A stretch of 62,327 nt of DNA, counting the filler, from Aduncisulcus paluster (taxonomy: Eukaryota), in NCBI GenBank assembly GCA_024181965.1. It is 6 parts of 6 records of this genome, joined end to end, with 100 filler letters (N's around TTAATTAATTAA, not from the genome) between each part and the next. Parts side by side here need not be neighbours in the genome. Positions count along the whole stretch, not along the records: positions 56,309 to 62,327 come from BQXS01010917.1; 5 more parts are not named here. One strand, given 5' to 3'. Below are positions 58,505 to 62,327 of this stretch, piece by piece. The notes under the pieces are model-generated. The model was not told where the DNA came from. It was given only the letters and a program-made list of their open reading frames with translations, and searched no databases. How positions within the stretch are numbered: position 1 is the first letter of the stretch; each line of letters begins with the position of its first letter. A program made the translations under genes and the position numbers.

Positions 58505-59274
58505 GTTTTTAGATGTGGTTTTTATTTGTGAAAGAGACCACTTGGATAAATAAAATGATTCATGTTATATAAAACTCTAATTTTGGCGATTTAAGATCCG
58601 AAATTCAGGCTCGCTCAAAAAAAAGAATATTTAGGTAATAAAATTATTATTGAGACCAAATTAATTCCCTTTTAATTCACATTATCTTGATATCTGTATG
58701 ATTTATGTTTTACGCAAGCTTTTGGATTAAGATTGCTTGTTTTGCCTCGTTTTCTGGTTTCACAGGGGTGTTAATACTGACATAATTATTATTATCATTA
58801 ATGTTTATGTTCTGATCTATTCTATGTTATAGCATGAACGTCTTTGACTCTTGGATGAGGCTCACTACTAGTAGTACTAGAAGTAGCCAGGAAGGGTGTC
58901 AACTCACTCAGATATTTAGATATCTTGAATATTGTTTATTGCAAGCGCCCAAAAGTTAAGAGAAAAAAACGAAAAATCATCGAGCTGCCAAATAAATATA
59001 CTGTACAACTGTATTTCATTAAAAAAAAACCAGCAATACATCAAAAAATACATGAAATAATAAAATAACAAGTTAATAATAGAAAAGTGAGAATCAATCC
59101 AAAAATATATTGTACAAAATGACAGTACAAGTATATATATAATGATAATGAGGCTCCAAAAATAGAATAGATGCCTGTCACGAACATTAGCTTTAGAATT
59201 TCAAGGTTCATTCAAGAGATAATGAATTCTAAAGATATAAGAAGCTGGATGTACAGTACAGCATAGTAGAAAGA

Positions 59275-60240
59275 TCACATGGGATTCTCCTGCCCTGGAA
59301 GCCATTGAGGAGCTGAATGAACACCTACAAATGGAGCGGTTGGAGTAACTTTGTAATAGACATGTTCAGTCGTGTTTTCTTCATAATTAGGAACTACTGT
59401 ATGATAGAAATGTGTTCCTTCGAAGAAATAGAAGAGTTCTTCTATCCATTCCAGGAGAGATTTGTCCAAAAAGTCACCAAACAACTTGTAGTACTCGACC
59501 ATCTCAGCTTTGGTAATGGGATTGTTGGGATTAACTTTTTCAAGTGATCCTGGCTCAATATACATCATAATATATGTTCTGTCGGTGATGGCATCCATGT
59601 CGAACTCCACATCCCAGTTCTCAGCAAGATAGTCAAAGATATCGAAGCAGGCATCGTTACAGGTGTTGGAGTCCATAATAAGATCATTTTGGAAGTAGTC
59701 AGAGGCCATGAAGGCTTGGTAATAGGTGTGGGTAGCGTTCCAAGTTGGCCAGTAGTTCTCACCAATGTCATTGAGAGCAGCGCCACTTACATTATCGGAA
59801 ATCTTGATAAAATCAACCCAACGATCACTGGACTTGGTAGGATCATAGTCGATGAAGTCAGAAAGAAGCAAATCGGCTTCAGGGTCCCAAACGATCTCGT
59901 CGTCAATGATTTGAGGGAAAATGACATCAAGAACACTATAATCGTCATCAAAACTACAGTATTGAAGGGTGAATTGAATACTGGGATCGTTTTTGCTCCT
60001 GAAACTGGTTTGAGTGTGAACGGCACCAATCATCTTCATAAAGGCAGGGGCGACATTTTCAATGATGGGGATACCATCATATTTTTCTTGGAAAACGGGG
60101 TGGCAGACGTAAAACATTTCAAATTCATCGTCATCATCAACACCAGGCCAAGACCACAGATAATCATCGTATTGGGCAAAAGCTCCAACAACACACAGTA
60201 ATACGAGAGATACGCAAAATAAACGAGTAAAGTTCATCAT
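59275..60240 (-). CDS. CLN5: CLN5-like lysosomal protein (permuted NlpC/P60 fold)
   Basis: Signal peptide. DDDEFEMFYVCHPVFQEKY, VHTQTSFRS, FTLQY, IFPQI, VSGAALN, NATHTYYQ, DSNTC, TYIMMY, YYKVTPTAPFV..WLP are colinear with recalled CLN5 motifs (APIWEFKY, MHDAVGFRS, TFPHL, ISGNTFN, NETGIYYE, ESYDC, PPFV). Confidence 0.8.
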   Translation of the reverse strand: MMNFTRLFCVSLVLLCVVGAFAQYDDYLWSWPGVDDDDEFEMFYVCHPVFQEKYDGIPIIENVAPAFMKMIGAVHTQTSFRSKNDPSIQFTLQYCSFDDDYSVLDVIFPQIIDDEIVWDPEADLLLSDFIDYDPTKSSDRWVDFIKISDNVSGAALNDIGENYWPTWNATHTYYQAFMASDYFQNDLIMDSNTCNDACFDIFDYLAENWDVEFDMDAITDRTYIMMYIEPGSLEKVNPNNPITKAEMVEYYKLFGDFLDKSLLEWIEELFYFFEGTHFYHTVVPNYEENTTEHVYYKVTPTAPFVGVHSAPQWLPGQENPM

Positions 60241-60629
60241 AGATTTGTTTGATATGGGATTAGAAACAGAGTAAGGCAAAGGAATTATTCTTAAAGTTAA
60301 TAAAAGTCAAGATTGCAAAATAGATATAAAATATAAATATTTTAGAGGCTATTTTGGAATATGATTTGATTGGAATCAAATAGGTGCTCCAAAGATGGCG
60401 GTCAAGAAAAACAAATCTACTTCGGTAAATCCCGGTTTAGCAGTTGGAAAATCGAGAGTATCAATCAAATGATTTTATGGATTTATTACTGGTTAAATAT
60501 ATTTTAATTTAAATTATGTAAAATCTATTCAAATCATTGGGAACACTTTCCAATTTTCTATTTGGGGAAAAAGCATACTGATCGAAGATATTTTGAGAAA
60601 TTATAAATAAATATGATTAATTATTTCCA

Positions 60630-61330
60630 ATGGCCATTTTCTTTAGCCTTGAAACCTCCTATTGTTGCCGAATTGTTCTTTCCGGTTTTCTTCTCTGGCT
60701 GCCTTAGAAAATTTTCAACTCTAATTTCTGACATATTTTTCTATGTTTATGATATTTAATACATTTTCAGGTCGGAAAATCAACAATTTTCAGTCAGATA
60801 CATCGTCACACCATTCCATCTATTCTTCCGACTGCTTGTGATGAATTTATGAGTTACAACATTGTCACGCGTTCAAAGTGGGTATTTTGTGCACGTGTAT
60901 TTGATTTATATTCTTCTGTGAGTGACAGAGAGATGGGATCTTTCACATCATTCATTTCGATATCCCACAGCATTTGCCGATGTGTGTTTATTTATATTGA
61001 AGTTTTGATGAGGCTGAATCCCTTGAAAAGCTTGAAAAATATATTGAATTTGTTATAATAACTTGTGAAAAATTGAAATCCGGATTTTAGCACAAAGCAG
61101 AGTTTGCCGTCATATAAATAAAAAGAGATTTTAAATTTCTCCAACAAGATATGAAATTATTATTTTCTTTTTACCGTGCTTGAGAAAGAGATATACTATT
61201 TGTTTGAGAATAATATGATTTAAGATCAGTGATCAACTCACTCTTGGTCAACAACTTCAAGTTGAAGCAACTTTTGAAGTTGTCAACACCGCATGTATTA
61301 GGTCGTTGAGCGCTTATCTCTACTTAAATT
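60630..61330 (+). pseudogene. Possible highly divergent or frameshifted Ras-superfamily GTPase
   Basis: CRIVLSG (ATG 60630), acceptor TTTCAG at 60770, then VGKSTIF..PTACDEF..ARVFD..CVFIY, and frameshifted ESLEKLEKYIEFV. Confidence 0.3.
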
Positions 61331-61557
61331 TGTACATTAAAATGATCAGTAATAACAAAATCGGAAAGTAAAATGAATTTAGAAAATCTAAATACGCAAA
61401 ATTGAGCAAAAATCGATTTTTTGCCAGAAATAGTATGTAAACTTCAAGTATTTTTGATGATATTTTATATTTCCATAGTGAATAACCTTTTTTTAATATT
61501 ATATAGCTTAGTACTTGATTATATTTAGTGTTTGAATGAAAATCCCATCCTAGATTT

Positions 61558-62327
61558 ATGGAACCCGATGTATTATTAAATTATTCCCCTATAAAGGTAC
61601 CCACTGTGGTAAAAAGAAAAGTTATTTCATATTTTTCGTCAACTGATCTAAAAAAGCGCCCTGCATCAGCTGACATCAGATATTCATCAAATATTGTAAA
61701 ACGCCCCGATTTACAGGGTCAAAATGTTGTTATTCCTCCGACTCGTCGATATGGTACCGGTGAAGGAAGTGAATCGTCTTCTCCAAGTGGTGACGACAGC
61801 GATAGTTTTATTACCTTGCCTGGAAAAACGTTAGATAAAGGCGAAATCAAACCAATATCCAAAAGATTCTTTAGAACTAGACCTCTTTCGGCCTCTCATT
61901 TCCCTCTTGTTGATGTAAAAATTGATGGTCTGATTCGTCGCAAAGAAGAGAAGAAACTTGCCAAAAAGCTTAAGGCTCACCCATCACAATACGATTTATT
62001 ATCACATAAATTCTCGAAAGCTGATTCTGAGATGAAATCCCACCATAACAAAGTGAGACGCTTTCCCCCATCCTCCCATGAAATGGCTCAAGAGACTCCC
62101 TTATCTCCTGATGCTGCTGTTCAAACACGCAGACAGATTGTGGCACAATTAAAGAGAGAAGAAGAGGAGAAAATGAGAAAATCGACACGGAAAAAGGAAA
62201 AACGGCGGAAGAAAAAGATGTTAAAAGAGAAAGAAGCGCAACAAAAAGAATTGGCAAAAGAATTATTCCCATCATATCACCACATTGAAGAATCGCCTGG
62301 TGAAGAATCTCATACGACTATTCAACG
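61558..62327 (+). CDS. Hypothetical basic/low-complexity protein running off the window end
   Basis: ATG at 61558 (MEPDVLLNYSPIK...) open without a stop to 62327; absent from the ORF track, presumably because it has no stop. Confidence 0.75.
   Translation, partial: MEPDVLLNYSPIKVPTVVKRKVISYFSSTDLKKRPASADIRYSSNIVKRPDLQGQNVVIPPTRRYGTGEGSESSSPSGDDSDSFITLPGKTLDKGEIKPISKRFFRTRPLSASHFPLVDVKIDGLIRRKEEKKLAKKLKAHPSQYDLLSHKFSKADSEMKSHHNKVRRFPPSSHEMAQETPLSPDAAVQTRRQIVAQLKREEEEKMRKSTRKKEKRRKKKMLKEKEAQQKELAKELFPSYHHIEESPGEESHTTIQ

Overview
Eukaryotic, AT-rich, gene-dense protist DNA in the standard genetic code, with sparse short GTATGT...AG spliceosomal introns. The gene families resemble a free-living metamonad/fornicate such as a Carpediemonas-like organism (inference, not verified). 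The window is not contiguous: six contigs are joined by artificial N44-TTAATTAATTAA-N44 linkers, and five 20-N gaps are flanked by duplicated sequence. Recognisable housekeeping genes: TMCO1-like, Rab11-like, UFD1, SPEF1 (spliced), SAMHD1-like (partial), a two-RRM protein (spliced), RPAP1-like, cyclin Y-like and a CLN5 homolog. Accessory content: (i) two paralogous Ser/Thr kinases fused to different tandem-repeat modules whose copies are near-identical except for discrete variable patches, one built from duplicated exon+intron units, with relics elsewhere; (ii) a ~16.5 kb modular LRR/Cys-rich/EGF protein locus in which a near-identical ~300-nt Cys-rich linker joins different LRR cassettes; (iii) a FAR1/WRKY-like zinc finger fused to a degenerate dUTPase; (iv) the 3' end of an RLE-type non-LTR retrotransposon. 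All family assignments come from motif recognition by eye, without database searches.
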